This document shows positions 40,533-51,167 of a stretch of DNA of 64,000 nucleotides, piece by piece. The DNA lies in assembly GCA_021513715.1 (NCBI GenBank), contig CP084167.1, positions 800,001-864,000 on the forward strand, written 5' to 3'. The position numbers and the translations under genes are program-made. Position 1 is the first letter of the stretch; each line of letters opens with the position of its first letter. This stretch comes from Candidatus Heimdallarchaeum endolithica (GTDB lineage: Archaea > Asgardarchaeota > Heimdallarchaeia > Heimdallarchaeales > Heimdallarchaeaceae). Below the pieces are notes generated by a model. It had not been told where the DNA came from, ran no database searches, and saw only the letters and a list, made by a program, of their open reading frames with translations.

Positions 40533-42350
40533 TTATAATCTCCTCTTAAAGAAGTCTAAAAATAATTTTAGCGTTCTAATTCTCATATTTATGTCAGAGT
40601 AAGCTCCATGTCCTTCTTCTTCGAATTCTACATATTCAAAGGTTTTGTCTCCTTCTTTTCCTTCCTTCCATCCTAGTTCAATAAGTTTGTCTCTGAATTG
40701 TCTGCTCTCTTCAACAGGACATCTAGGATCGTTCACACCATGTATCATCTGTATAGGAGCTTTGATTTTTTCAATATGTGTTAAAGCTGATCTATCTTCC
40801 CATAATTCTTTATTTTCTTCATATGTTCCCATGTGTTGATTAAGGAAAAACTTGAAATGTGGTTGAGATTTATCATACATTGTTTTTAGATGTGATATAC
40901 CTATCCAAGCTGAACCTGCTTTCCATCCTGCGTCTGCATATTTTGTTAATTGCAAGAAAGTCATATATCCTCCATAAGATCCACCGAAAACACCTATTTT
41001 TTCAGGGTCGACGTATTCTAGCTTTTCTAGATATTTTTTGGCGTAAACAACATCTTGTGCATCTCCTCCACCCCAATCCATTAGATTCATTTCTTGAAAC
41101 TTCTTTCCATAACCTGTACTTCCTCTAATATTTGGACACAGAATTACAAATCCTTCATGTGCAAAAACTTGAGACATAATATCAAACATTCTATAATATT
41201 GCCCTGTAGGTCCTCCATGCACATGTACCAAAGCAGGATATTTCTTTCCTTTTTCCAACTTTGGTGTAGTAAGAGTAGCTGCAATTTCTATTCCATCAAA
41301 GGATGGATATTTGATATATTTCATATCATAGAAGTCTTCTTCTGTAAGATCAGTTTGAGGAGGAATAATTATCTTTTCTTCATCAGTTTCTAAATTATAT
41401 ATTGCTAGGCTTGTAGGCATTTTGGGTGCACTTCTGAGATAAATCAGATATTTATCGTTTAGAGCAAATTGAGTATAGTAAGCTATTCCTTCAAAGTTTA
41501 GTTCTTTTTTTTCTCCAGTCTCTAAATCGTAGATTATAGGTCTCATTTCTGCTTCTTTATTTTGAAGGACTACTAGTTTCTTTCCATCTTTTGAGAACTC
41601 TACTGCGAATTCTTCATATTTTCCATCACTTAACCATTTTACTTCTTTTGTTACTGTGTCAAATATTCCCGCTTGGCTTACTCCACTATTGTCACTTGTA
41701 ACAGCCAAATAGCGCCCATCTTCAGAAATATCAGAAAATTGATCATTAGAAGCATCAGAAACTCTAAATACTAAGTCTGTCTCGCTTCCATCTTCTTTAA
41801 TTGCCCAAACATCTGAATTTTTTATATTATAGGTGTCATTGAAATTATAGTAAACCCACCCATTTTTACTCCAACTAGCTTTTCCCCAAGTAGGTTTATC
41901 ATGAGCTGTCAACTGCTTAATTTCTTTACACTCTATATCCATGATAAACAAGTTAAGTTGACCATTCCTTGTTGAAGCAAAAAGAAGACTCTTTCCATCA
42001 GGACTTATTTCATGTGGATATTCTTGAGCTTCTGGGGTTTTTGTTAATTGAATGCTTTCTTTTGTTTCAATATTAAATAGGAAAATGTCGTGCATTTCAT
42101 TTCCATCTTTATCTCTTGTATAAGTGATATGTTTACTATCTTGTAACCATACATATCCTGCACGAATAGCTCGAGGAAGTTCTCCTTCTGTCACTTGCTT
42201 ATAATCTAACGATTCTAAATCTAAAATATAAAATTCATTTCTTTTTGTCTTATTCCAATAAAAACCAAGCAAATTCTTTTCTTTATTTGTTTTTAACATC
42301 ATCATGCTTGGTATTGAAGCTAACTTTTCTACAGTAATTTCTTTGGTCAT
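40533..42350 (-). CDS. S9 family peptidase (acylaminoacyl-peptidase-like)
   Basis: Beta-propeller N-terminus, HGGP, GGSYGG, NDPRCP, EGHG. Confidence 0.93.
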   Translation of the reverse strand: MTKEITVEKLASIPSMMMLKTNKEKNLLGFYWNKTKRNEFYILDLESLDYKQVTEGELPRAIRAGYVWLQDSKHITYTRDKDGNEMHDIFLFNIETKESIQLTKTPEAQEYPHEISPDGKSLLFASTRNGQLNLFIMDIECKEIKQLTAHDKPTWGKASWSKNGWVYYNFNDTYNIKNSDVWAIKEDGSETDLVFRVSDASNDQFSDISEDGRYLAVTSDNSGVSQAGIFDTVTKEVKWLSDGKYEEFAVEFSKDGKKLVVLQNKEAEMRPIIYDLETGEKKELNFEGIAYYTQFALNDKYLIYLRSAPKMPTSLAIYNLETDEEKIIIPPQTDLTEEDFYDMKYIKYPSFDGIEIAATLTTPKLEKGKKYPALVHVHGGPTGQYYRMFDIMSQVFAHEGFVILCPNIRGSTGYGKKFQEMNLMDWGGGDAQDVVYAKKYLEKLEYVDPEKIGVFGGSYGGYMTFLQLTKYADAGWKAGSAWIGISHLKTMYDKSQPHFKFFLNQHMGTYEENKELWEDRSALTHIEKIKAPIQMIHGVNDPRCPVEESRQFRDKLIELGWKEGKEGDKTFEYVEFEEEGHGAYSDINMRIRTLKLFLDFFKRRL

Positions 42351-42475
42351 TTTATCACCTTGTTAAAATATTTTTTTTAACCTTAACTCTCTTTTAATAC
42401 TTATATATTTTAGCTTTTAACTATAAAATTTTGAAAAATAGGAATATTATTAAAAAAGAAAACAATTCTTCAATT

Positions 42476-42997
42476 ATGAATTACGAAGAAATGATTCTTA
42501 AATCTAGAGAAGAAAAAGATAAATTCTTTAGAAATCACCCTTATTCGCCCCTAACAACTGAACAAAAAAGGAAATTCAAAGGATTAAATTATTTTGAACC
42601 AGATATTTCTTATAGATACGAAGTTAAAATCAACAAGTATGAAGATCAAAGGAAAGTTTCTATTAGAACATCTAAAGGGACAGCTCAAGAATATATTAGA
42701 TGGGGATATATTGAGTTTGAAAGAGATGGAAAAACAAATATTTTAAGCGTATTTAAGCAAGAAGGAGAAGATTACTTTTTTATTCCTTTTAAAGATAAAA
42801 CTACTGGAAAGGAGACCTATTCTGCAGGAAGATATATTGAAGTTGAGAATCTAGGTGATGACCTATATCTGTTAGATTTTAACTTTGCTTATAACCCCTA
42901 TTGCGCTTACAACGATAACTGGGTTTGCCCTCTAACACCTTTCGAAAATAACTTAGAAATAGCAGTAGAAGCAGGAGAAAAAAAATTTCACGATTAA
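42476..42997 (+). CDS. DUF1684 family protein
   Basis: PFKDKTTGKETYSAGRY, LDFNFAYNPYCAY..WVCP...AGEK; likely start ATG 42476. Confidence 0.9.
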   Translation: MNYEEMILKSREEKDKFFRNHPYSPLTTEQKRKFKGLNYFEPDISYRYEVKINKYEDQRKVSIRTSKGTAQEYIRWGYIEFERDGKTNILSVFKQEGEDYFFIPFKDKTTGKETYSAGRYIEVENLGDDLYLLDFNFAYNPYCAYNDNWVCPLTPFENNLEIAVEAGEKKFHD

Positions 42998-43027
42998 AAA
43001 AAAGTTAGAAAATAAAAAAGAATTAGT

Positions 43028-43954
43028 TTATTTTAATTCTTTTAGTGCCTCTATTACTTTTTCAGCTACGTGAACACTTGCCCTATAATTGCCTTCAAGC
43101 GTTTGAGCGCCTATATGAGGTGTCATAATTACATTGGGGTGTTTTAGGAGTTTATTTTCTTCTTTAGGAGGTTCTTTTTCAAAAACATCAGTTGCATATA
43201 CAGCTAACTTTCCTTTTTCTAAAGCTCTATAAGCTGCATCTTCATCAACAACTCCTCCTCTAGCGCAGTTAATGAGAATTACATTTGTTTTCATTTTCTC
43301 AAATTCTTCATCAGATATCATATGCCTTGTTTCATCTGTTAATGGAAGATGAAGACTAATATAGTCTGCTTTCTCAAATACCTTATCAATTGAACTTTGG
43401 AGCTCAATAACTCCACTTTGTTTAATGTAGGCATCATAGCCTATAGTTTTCATTCCAAGAGCCTTAGCTTTTACTGCCAAACTTGAGCCTATTCTTCCGG
43501 TACCTATAATACCCAATGTTTTACCTTCTATTTCTACTGAAAATAATGCTTTTTTCAATTTTTTAAATTCAGAAGGGTTTTTTCTTAGCCTTTCTGTTCC
43601 TGTAACTACTCTTCTAGTAGCGGCTAAAATCATTGTTAATGCTAATTCTGCAACAGAGTTAGTTGTAGCATTTGGAGTATTAATCACTTTTATTCCTCTT
43701 TCTCTTGCAGATTGCAAATCAATGTTATCTAATCCTACACCAGCTCTTCCTATAACTTTCAGATTTTTGGCTACTTCTAATAGATGCCCCTTGACCTTAG
43801 TAGCAGACCTTACAATTATCGCATCATAGTCAGGTATAATGTGCTCTAATTCCTCTTTTGGTATATCCCAAGCTTTTTTTACTTCAAATCCTTCTTTTTC
43901 TAGCAATTCTACAGCTACATCATTTAATTTATCAGAAATTAGTACCTTAAACAT
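43028..43954 (-). CDS. serA: D-3-phosphoglycerate dehydrogenase (D-2-hydroxyacid dehydrogenase, no ACT domain)
   Basis: VRSATK, GRAGVGLDN, GTGRIG, NCARGG, TPHIGAQT. Confidence 0.85.
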   Translation of the reverse strand: MFKVLISDKLNDVAVELLEKEGFEVKKAWDIPKEELEHIIPDYDAIIVRSATKVKGHLLEVAKNLKVIGRAGVGLDNIDLQSARERGIKVINTPNATTNSVAELALTMILAATRRVVTGTERLRKNPSEFKKLKKALFSVEIEGKTLGIIGTGRIGSSLAVKAKALGMKTIGYDAYIKQSGVIELQSSIDKVFEKADYISLHLPLTDETRHMISDEEFEKMKTNVILINCARGGVVDEDAAYRALEKGKLAVYATDVFEKEPPKEENKLLKHPNVIMTPHIGAQTLEGNYRASVHVAEKVIEALKELK

Positions 43955-43964
43955 TTAATTCACC

Positions 43965-45044
43965 TCAATTAAGTTCCCAGATCTCATTAATGTTGTTAAG
44001 CAATTCTTGAATTGTTTCTAATGTATGATCTCCCATATGTCCAATTCTAAAGGTTTTATTTTTTAGATTACCATAACCATTAGCTAGTTCCATTCCTTTT
44101 TCAGCTAATGCAGCATTTAGTGCGCTTACATCTTTATTTAATGTGTTTTCTATTGTTGTAACAGTTACTGATTCATACCCTTTTTCTGCAAAGAGTTTAA
44201 ACCCTTTTTCTAAAGCCCATTTTCTTGTTAATTCAGCCATTGCTTTGTGTCTCTCATAGCGACCTTTTGCTGTTTCTTTAAGCATTTTTCCAAGTTGATA
44301 GTCAAGAGCATAAAGTAATGAGATTGCTGGAGTAGAAGGAGTTTGCTTCTTCTTTAAATAATAGTTGTGTACCTTTAGTAAATCAGTATAGGTACCTCTA
44401 TTCTTTACTTCTTCAGCTCGTTTAACAGCTTTTTCAGAGTAAATCATAATAGCTAATCCTGGAGGTAGAGCAAAAGCTTTTTGTGTTGAAGCAAAAATGA
44501 AATCAGTATGCATTTCGTCTGGTAGGATTAAATCTCCTCCCAAACTTGAAACAGTGTCAACAACAAGTAATGTTTCAGGATACTTGCTAATTACTTCACC
44601 TATTGCTTTAAGATCACTTTTAACTCCTGTACTTGTTTCATTTTGACAAACTGTGACAACATCATATTCTTTTTCTTTAAGTTTTTCTTCAATCATTTCA
44701 GGCTTGATAGCTTTACCCCATTCTACTTCTAAAACATCAACATTGTGCCCACAATTTTTTAATGTATCAGCCATTCTTTTAGAAAAAGCACCATTAACAC
44801 AACTTAAAGCAGCTTTTCCTTCTCTAATTAGATTTCTACCTGTGATATCCATACCAATTGTTCCTGAAGCTGCAAAGACAGCAATGTGTTGTTCAGTATT
44901 AAAATATTCGTGAAGTTGAGTTAAAACACTAGCATATAAAGCAGTAAAATCTTTATGACGATGACCTATCATTGGTCTTACTTGTGCTTGAAGCACATCT
45001 TCACTTACTTCTGTCGGTCCTGGAATATACAATCTTCTGTGCAT
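43965..45044 (-). CDS. Class V PLP aminotransferase (alanine-glyoxylate / archaeal phosphoserine aminotransferase-like)
   Basis: IPGPT, NETSTG, VDTVSS, STQKAFALPPG, FRIGHMG; operonic with serA. Confidence 0.88.
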   Translation of the reverse strand: MHRRLYIPGPTEVSEDVLQAQVRPMIGHRHKDFTALYASVLTQLHEYFNTEQHIAVFAASGTIGMDITGRNLIREGKAALSCVNGAFSKRMADTLKNCGHNVDVLEVEWGKAIKPEMIEEKLKEKEYDVVTVCQNETSTGVKSDLKAIGEVISKYPETLLVVDTVSSLGGDLILPDEMHTDFIFASTQKAFALPPGLAIMIYSEKAVKRAEEVKNRGTYTDLLKVHNYYLKKKQTPSTPAISLLYALDYQLGKMLKETAKGRYERHKAMAELTRKWALEKGFKLFAEKGYESVTVTTIENTLNKDVSALNAALAEKGMELANGYGNLKNKTFRIGHMGDHTLETIQELLNNINEIWELN

Positions 45045-45168
45045 TTAAATTCTCTCCTAGTTTTTATTAAATAGTAATAATTTACTAAATTTGAGAGATA
45101 CTTTTAACTAAAAAAATTTGTGCTATGAAGATAAAAAAAACTATTAAACTAATAGTAAGAGAACAATA

Positions 45169-47121
45169 TTAAAATTCAAGAAATGGTAGAAAAATAGAAA
45201 CTTTAGTTCCAACATGATGAGTACTATCAATAAATATTTGTCCTTCATGTAGTTCTACAAGATTTTTAGTAATATATAACCCCAATCCAGTTCCTTCATT
45301 TTTTTCAGCTTCAACAGTTCTAAAAAAGGGTTTGAAAACATATGGAAGCTCATGACTTGGAATACCTATTCCTTGATCTTGAATCTGAATAAGTAGTCCT
45401 TTCTTATTATCTGGATTATATTTGCCTTCATAGTTCTTAACTACTGAAAAGTCTATTTTTGAACTGCTTGGAGAATATTTGATTGCATTATCCAGTATAT
45501 TAGAAACTATTTGCTTAATCCTTTTTGGATCACCGAAATATTGAATGTCATTTGTTTCAAATTTCTTTATTAGCTTAATTTTCTTACTTTTTAGTTGCTC
45601 TTCAAAACTTTTTATTGTAGAATTTATGTTTTTAATAATATTAAATTTCTTTTTCTCTATCTTAAATCTGTTATTTTCTATTTTAGAAACTACTAACAAA
45701 TCTTCAATTAAAGTTGTTAATAGTTCTGCACTTTCTTCCATTACTTCCAAGGTTGAATGAATTTTTCTTTTAGGCAATCTTTCCCAGTGTTTTTTTAGAA
45801 ATTGAATACTCAAACATAAAGATGTAATGGGAGTTCTCAATTCATGGCTAACAGAAGAGATAAAGTTCTTTCTGAGCTTGTCTATAGTAAGAAAAGGAGT
45901 AATATCTTGAAATTCTACTAATGCCCCTATAATACTCCCAGAAGAAGTGATATTTACTCCAGAAACTTGAATAAAGAAATTTTCAGATAACTCAAACGTA
46001 TTAGAGACTTTTTCTCTTGCTACTATTAATTCTTTAACAAAAGAGAATAAAGGATCATCTTTAAACTTTTCAGAAAAGATGTTTAAAGCTAGTAAAGGTT
46101 CTTTGTCATCAGAATAAAGAATATTATAAAATTCTTCAAATTTCTTATTAAATAAACTGAAATTTCCCTCATCATCAATTAACAACAAACCTGTTGATGC
46201 TGTCTCAAAAATCGCTTCAAGTTTAAGTTTTTCTTCCAATAGTTCTTCATTTTTTCGTTCAACAATCATAGATAATTCTGAACTTGTCTCTCTTAGTTCT
46301 TTTTCTCGTTTTACATGCTTAGTAATATCAGTGGCAACACCTAAAGCAACTGTTTCTCCATTTGGTAATTTAATAGGGATTTTTCTTACTTCTATTGTTC
46401 TTTTTTCACCAAAAGCATCTGTAAAAGAACTTATTGTTTTTATTCTACTTTTCGTATCTATAACTTTCCTATCAGATTCTAGAAAATAGTCAGTATCACT
46501 CTTTACAGGCTGAATATCGTGCTGAATAGAACCTTCAATCTCATCAATTAAGAGATCAAAACTTTCTGCTAAAGCTTTATTAGCTAATAAAAATCTTCCT
46601 TCTTTATTCTTTACAAAAATCATCTGTGGAACTTGATCTATCACTTCTCTTAGAATATTTTTGTTAAATTCTAATTCCTTTATCTCCTCTTTGTTCAAAG
46701 AAACAGATGTAGCAATAGCAAAGTGACAATTACTAGAAGTATTAAAGATGAGTTTTAGTTTTACTGGTATTTTTTCTTCTTTTACACAAATAGATGATTC
46801 AATAGAAAAAGCACTCTTTTTTGAATCAGCTATTTTTAGGAAATAATCAATATTTTCTGTTTTGTTTATGTCCACAAAGTACTCATTCATCTTTTTTCCA
46901 AGAATTGTGGATTGTTTATTTCCAATAATTTCCTCTGCTTTTTGGTTTACATAAAGAATTGTCAAATCATTATTAAAAACAAAAACTGCTTCCTCTAAAT
47001 TATCAAAGCATGATAATATAACATCGACATTAAACTTTATTTCATTGTTTCTATTCAACTTATGTTCTGTTTTCCTTTTGTCCTTGTTTGATATTTCATC
47101 TTTGTGAAAAAGATTACTCAA
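45169..47121 (-). CDS. Cytoplasmic multi-PAS sensor histidine kinase
   Basis: Three PAS-like repeats; SHELRTP, NILDNAIKY, DQGIGI, GTGLGL. Confidence 0.93.
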   Translation of the reverse strand: MSNLFHKDEISNKDKRKTEHKLNRNNEIKFNVDVILSCFDNLEEAVFVFNNDLTILYVNQKAEEIIGNKQSTILGKKMNEYFVDINKTENIDYFLKIADSKKSAFSIESSICVKEEKIPVKLKLIFNTSSNCHFAIATSVSLNKEEIKELEFNKNILREVIDQVPQMIFVKNKEGRFLLANKALAESFDLLIDEIEGSIQHDIQPVKSDTDYFLESDRKVIDTKSRIKTISSFTDAFGEKRTIEVRKIPIKLPNGETVALGVATDITKHVKREKELRETSSELSMIVERKNEELLEEKLKLEAIFETASTGLLLIDDEGNFSLFNKKFEEFYNILYSDDKEPLLALNIFSEKFKDDPLFSFVKELIVAREKVSNTFELSENFFIQVSGVNITSSGSIIGALVEFQDITPFLTIDKLRKNFISSVSHELRTPITSLCLSIQFLKKHWERLPKRKIHSTLEVMEESAELLTTLIEDLLVVSKIENNRFKIEKKKFNIIKNINSTIKSFEEQLKSKKIKLIKKFETNDIQYFGDPKRIKQIVSNILDNAIKYSPSSSKIDFSVVKNYEGKYNPDNKKGLLIQIQDQGIGIPSHELPYVFKPFFRTVEAEKNEGTGLGLYITKNLVELHEGQIFIDSTHHVGTKVSIFLPFLEF

Positions 47122-47123
47122 AA

Positions 47124-48029
47124 TTATTCACCTTGAATAGGTAAGATAGTCAATATTTCTTCCCATGCTTTTTTAATATCCCATTTTTCATCATTTTTAA
47201 TTTTATCTGAATATGGAGCTAGAATTTCTTCCATTCTTTTAGTTATTATGTAATCAATTCTTGGGGCAATTACTACAAGCATAAATGGAATTTGCTGAGA
47301 TAAACTTTCAAAGTCTTCATAAGCATCAATATAAATATAACAAGCCATACCAATATTTTCTAGAAATAAAGGTACTCCTTGAGGATTTGTTACTTTCAAT
47401 TCTCCATATACAGAAATAATTGTTTGAAAGATTTGAACTCCTAAACTGTCTAATTCAATTTGCTGTTCTATTTTTTTTGGAAAATAATCTACAGGTTGAG
47501 GACCTAACACATCGTGCCACTTAATTAGCAATAAAAAAACTGTATCCCTGGAATAACTAGATATAGCATCATGTGCCATCAAATTTTGGCTTAACTCTAG
47601 AGTTATTTTTTTCTTTAATTCTTCTCTGATCTGATGATTTAACTTTCTTTTAGCTAACTTTCCTTCAACTATTGCAATCAAATCTTCTTCTTTGAAAGGT
47701 TTAATAATATAGTCATCTATTCCTAAAGACTTACCATATCTTACTGACTCAGGATCACTTTTAGCAGTGAGAAATACAAATGGAATATCAAAAAATCTCT
47801 TATCTCTTGATATTTTTTCATATAAAGAATAGCCATCCATTCCTGGCATCATTATGTCACAAAGAATAAGATCAGGAGGATGTGTTAGATTTTCTAACAA
47901 GCTTAATGCTTCAGCTGCATTCTGAGCTAAGACTGGAAAATAGTCATACATCGATAAAATATTATCTAATAAATACAATATTTGCTTATTATCATCAATA
48001 ATTAAAATCGTTCCTTTCAAATTATCCAA
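47124..48029 (-). CDS. Response regulator (REC) with C-terminal longin/uDENN-like domain
   Basis: IIDDN, LCDIMMPGMDG, FLTA, IIKPF; C-terminal KWHDVLGPQPVDYFP. Confidence 0.8.
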   Translation of the reverse strand: MDNLKGTILIIDDNKQILYLLDNILSMYDYFPVLAQNAAEALSLLENLTHPPDLILCDIMMPGMDGYSLYEKISRDKRFFDIPFVFLTAKSDPESVRYGKSLGIDDYIIKPFKEEDLIAIVEGKLAKRKLNHQIREELKKKITLELSQNLMAHDAISSYSRDTVFLLLIKWHDVLGPQPVDYFPKKIEQQIELDSLGVQIFQTIISVYGELKVTNPQGVPLFLENIGMACYIYIDAYEDFESLSQQIPFMLVVIAPRIDYIITKRMEEILAPYSDKIKNDEKWDIKKAWEEILTILPIQGE

Positions 48030-48124
48030 TTTAGGTAATAGAACTATGTAAAATAAAATTTTTGCTTGTGCTAGTCATTTAAAATTTAATTTAAAAAATT
48101 TTAAAAGTACAATTGGAAAACAAC

Positions 48125-49528
48125 TCAAATATTCAAAACTACTAAAATTATTGAATATACTAAACTTATTACTCCCATTATAATAATCAAGGGAAAAATT
48201 TTCTTGAAATAATCTTTGAATGTGAACTCTATTCCTTCCCTCTTTAAAATATCTAGAGACATTAGAATAGTTACACTTCCTAATGGGGTAAGTGCTCCTC
48301 CAATGTTATCAGCCAAGATTAAACTTACCCATGTACCCCTGAGAATAGGAACAGGAACAGTATTAGATATTGAAATAAAAATGTAAGAGAAAATGAGAGC
48401 TGCACTTGTATTATTTAGAAATCCTGCTAAAGGGATTCCCATAATTATAAAAAATATTACAACTAAAATCTGTGATACTGTTGGTGAGAAATTCAGATTA
48501 AAGAAAATTAGAATTAATTTAGACAAAGGAACAAGAGCTCCTGAAGCAGCAAATATCCCCATAAGTGTGAAAAGCATTACAAAAAAGGTTATCATTTCCC
48601 ATTCTACTCCATGTTCTACATATTTTTTCAATGTTGAATTAAAAATAAAAACTCCAACTACAGCTACAATAAAAGCTATTGTTCCTACATCCAATCCCAA
48701 TACAGAGGATAATAAAAATCCACCAAAGAGAAGAATTAACAACCCAAAAGATTTCCAAACTTTAACCTTACTTTCTACACTAGACCAAGGGTTAATTCTT
48801 GCAATTTGACTTTTTTTATCTCTATCTATTTTTTTGTTTATTTCTTTTTTGAAAATATAGTAAAAGTATCCATAAGCTACAAAGAATAAAATTAATGAAA
48901 GTGGTAACATTAAAGCAGTGAAGCCTATAAAACTTATTCTATAGGGATAAAGACTAAAGAATATAATGTTAGGAATAGATGAAACAGGAGTAGGCATACC
49001 TCCAATAATTGTATTAATACCAACAAATAAAACGAATGGAAGGGGATTAACATCGAGCTGCTTGCAAATAACAATGGTTAAAGATCCCAACAAAATTATT
49101 GCAGAAAGATTATCAAAAAACATGCTAATGAAAAATGTTAACCCTCCAATAGAAAAGAAAAGCATTTTGGGATTTCCTTTTGTTAATTTTATTATGTAGA
49201 GTGAGATAAAGTCAAAAAAACCTGAATCTTTTATTAATTGAACGATAATACTTACTGAAAAGATAATCATTATTGCTTCTACATTCACCAAATCTGAAAT
49301 GGCTTCAATAAAATGAGGATGTTCATCTTCAATACTATATCCGAGATTTACTTCAAGGAGATTTTCCCAATCCATTAAGAAAAAAAACACCATAATCGAC
49401 AAAATTGTTCCTAAGGCTGTTACTTTCAAGGAATCAAAATTTTCGTTCATTAGTCCTGCAATTGTTCCTAGAACAATAATTGTAATAATTATTGAGCCTA
49501 ATAACGATAGTACTGCCACGATTATCAC
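48125..49528 (-). CDS. ArsB/NhaD/SLC13-type ion transporter
   Basis: SMFFDN, NTIIGG.PTPVSSIPN, DNIGGALTPLGS. Confidence 0.85.
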   Translation of the reverse strand: MIIVAVLSLLGSIIITIIVLGTIAGLMNENFDSLKVTALGTILSIMVFFFLMDWENLLEVNLGYSIEDEHPHFIEAISDLVNVEAIMIIFSVSIIVQLIKDSGFFDFISLYIIKLTKGNPKMLFFSIGGLTFFISMFFDNLSAIILLGSLTIVICKQLDVNPLPFVLFVGINTIIGGMPTPVSSIPNIIFFSLYPYRISFIGFTALMLPLSLILFFVAYGYFYYIFKKEINKKIDRDKKSQIARINPWSSVESKVKVWKSFGLLILLFGGFLLSSVLGLDVGTIAFIVAVVGVFIFNSTLKKYVEHGVEWEMITFFVMLFTLMGIFAASGALVPLSKLILIFFNLNFSPTVSQILVVIFFIIMGIPLAGFLNNTSAALIFSYIFISISNTVPVPILRGTWVSLILADNIGGALTPLGSVTILMSLDILKREGIEFTFKDYFKKIFPLIIIMGVISLVYSIILVVLNI

Positions 49529-49757
49529 CTAAAGTGTTAATATTGTGTTGAATATTTTCATACATTTTTATCGCTTGAAAGTAAACTGATTTTATGCATT
49601 AAATTAAGTTTCCAATCCCTAAAATGTATTATTTTATATATTTTTTTTATTTTTTGATTAGCACAAAAAAGATACAATATGTTAATTTTTTATAGAATGC
49701 TTCTTTAAAAATATAGAAAAAGGAGTGTTATTATAGGATCTAAAGAATTTTTTAAGA

Positions 49758-51146
49758 TTAAGAACCTGATAATATGAGAATTATTGAATAACCAATACTG
49801 AGCAATGCAAATGTTAAAGTCAAAGGTAAGGTTTTCTTAACATAATCCATAAAAGTGATTTTATATCCTTCTCTATTTAATATCTCGAGAGCCATCAATA
49901 TAGTAATACTTCCTAATGGAGTTAAAGCTCCTCCGATATTTCCACCTAATACAAAAGCTATCCATGTCCCTTTACCTATAGTTGTTGAAACAGAAGCTAC
50001 CATAGTTGTGAAAATATATGAGAAAATTAAAGCTGCTGAAGAACCGTTAAGAAACCCAGTAATTGGAAGACCAATTAAACCTATAATTAGTGCAACTAGT
50101 ATCTGAGCTGATTTAGGTGATATATTTAGATTAAAAATAGAAATGAATAGATTAGCTATAGGTTGTAAAGCTCCTGAACCAGCAAGAACACCCATTAAAA
50201 CAAATAAAGCAACAAAGAATACTATCATTTCCCATTCTATTCCTGAATGAATAAATTTCTTTAACTGCTTATTAAATAGGAATAATCCAAAAACTGCTAC
50301 AATTAAAGCAATTGTTGCTACATCCAAACCTATAACTGAAGAAAGGAGGAATCCTGCGAAAAGAATAACTAAAAGTCCAATTGATTTATATACTTGACTT
50401 CTTTCGTCAATTCCTGACCAAGGATTAATTCTTGCGATTTGTTTTTGTTTTTCTTCTGGGATCTTAATGAATATATCTTTCTTAAATATGAGAAAGAAGT
50501 AGAGAGAAGATAAGAGGAAAAATAGCAAAGCAATTGGAAACATTAAGCCTGTAAATTTTATAAATGTCATATCTCCTTCATACAAGCTGTAAAATATTAT
50601 ATTTGGTAGAGATGAAACAGGAGTAGGTAATCCTCCAATTATAGTATTAATACCAACAAATAAAACAAATGGAATGGGATTTAAATCTAATTGCTCACAA
50701 ATAACCACTGTTAAAGAACCTAGTAGAATTATTGCAGAAAGATTATCAAAAAACATGCTTATGAAGAAAGTTAATCCTCCTAGAGCAATAATAAGTTTCT
50801 TTGGATCTCCTTTTGTTAATTTCACAATAGAGAGCGAGACAAAATCGAAGAATCCTGCTTCTTTTGTCAAAGAAACAATCACACTTACTGAAAAAATAAT
50901 TAATATTGCTTCTACATTTATCATTTCAGCAATAGCTTCTAAATAATTCTCAGGAACATATTCATGGCTAGTGTTTTCTAGTAACAATTTATGCCAATCA
51001 GTAAAAAAGAAAAACAGAACCATTACTATCGATGCGCCAGTTACTGTTATTTTTGTAGTGTCAACACCTTCTATCATTAAAGCAATTATAGTTGCAAGTA
51101 CAGTGACAGATATTAATATTATTCCTATTATTTCCACTACAGCCAT
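49758..51146 (-). CDS. ArsB/NhaD/SLC13-type ion transporter (tandem paralog)
   Basis: Same motifs; colinear with 48125-49528. Confidence 0.85.
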   Translation of the reverse strand: MAVVEIIGIILISVTVLATIIALMIEGVDTTKITVTGASIVMVLFFFFTDWHKLLLENTSHEYVPENYLEAIAEMINVEAILIIFSVSVIVSLTKEAGFFDFVSLSIVKLTKGDPKKLIIALGGLTFFISMFFDNLSAIILLGSLTVVICEQLDLNPIPFVLFVGINTIIGGLPTPVSSLPNIIFYSLYEGDMTFIKFTGLMFPIALLFFLLSSLYFFLIFKKDIFIKIPEEKQKQIARINPWSGIDERSQVYKSIGLLVILFAGFLLSSVIGLDVATIALIVAVFGLFLFNKQLKKFIHSGIEWEMIVFFVALFVLMGVLAGSGALQPIANLFISIFNLNISPKSAQILVALIIGLIGLPITGFLNGSSAALIFSYIFTTMVASVSTTIGKGTWIAFVLGGNIGGALTPLGSITILMALEILNREGYKITFMDYVKKTLPLTLTFALLSIGYSIILILSGS

Positions 51147-51167
51147 AAACTATTCCTTCTCAGCGAT

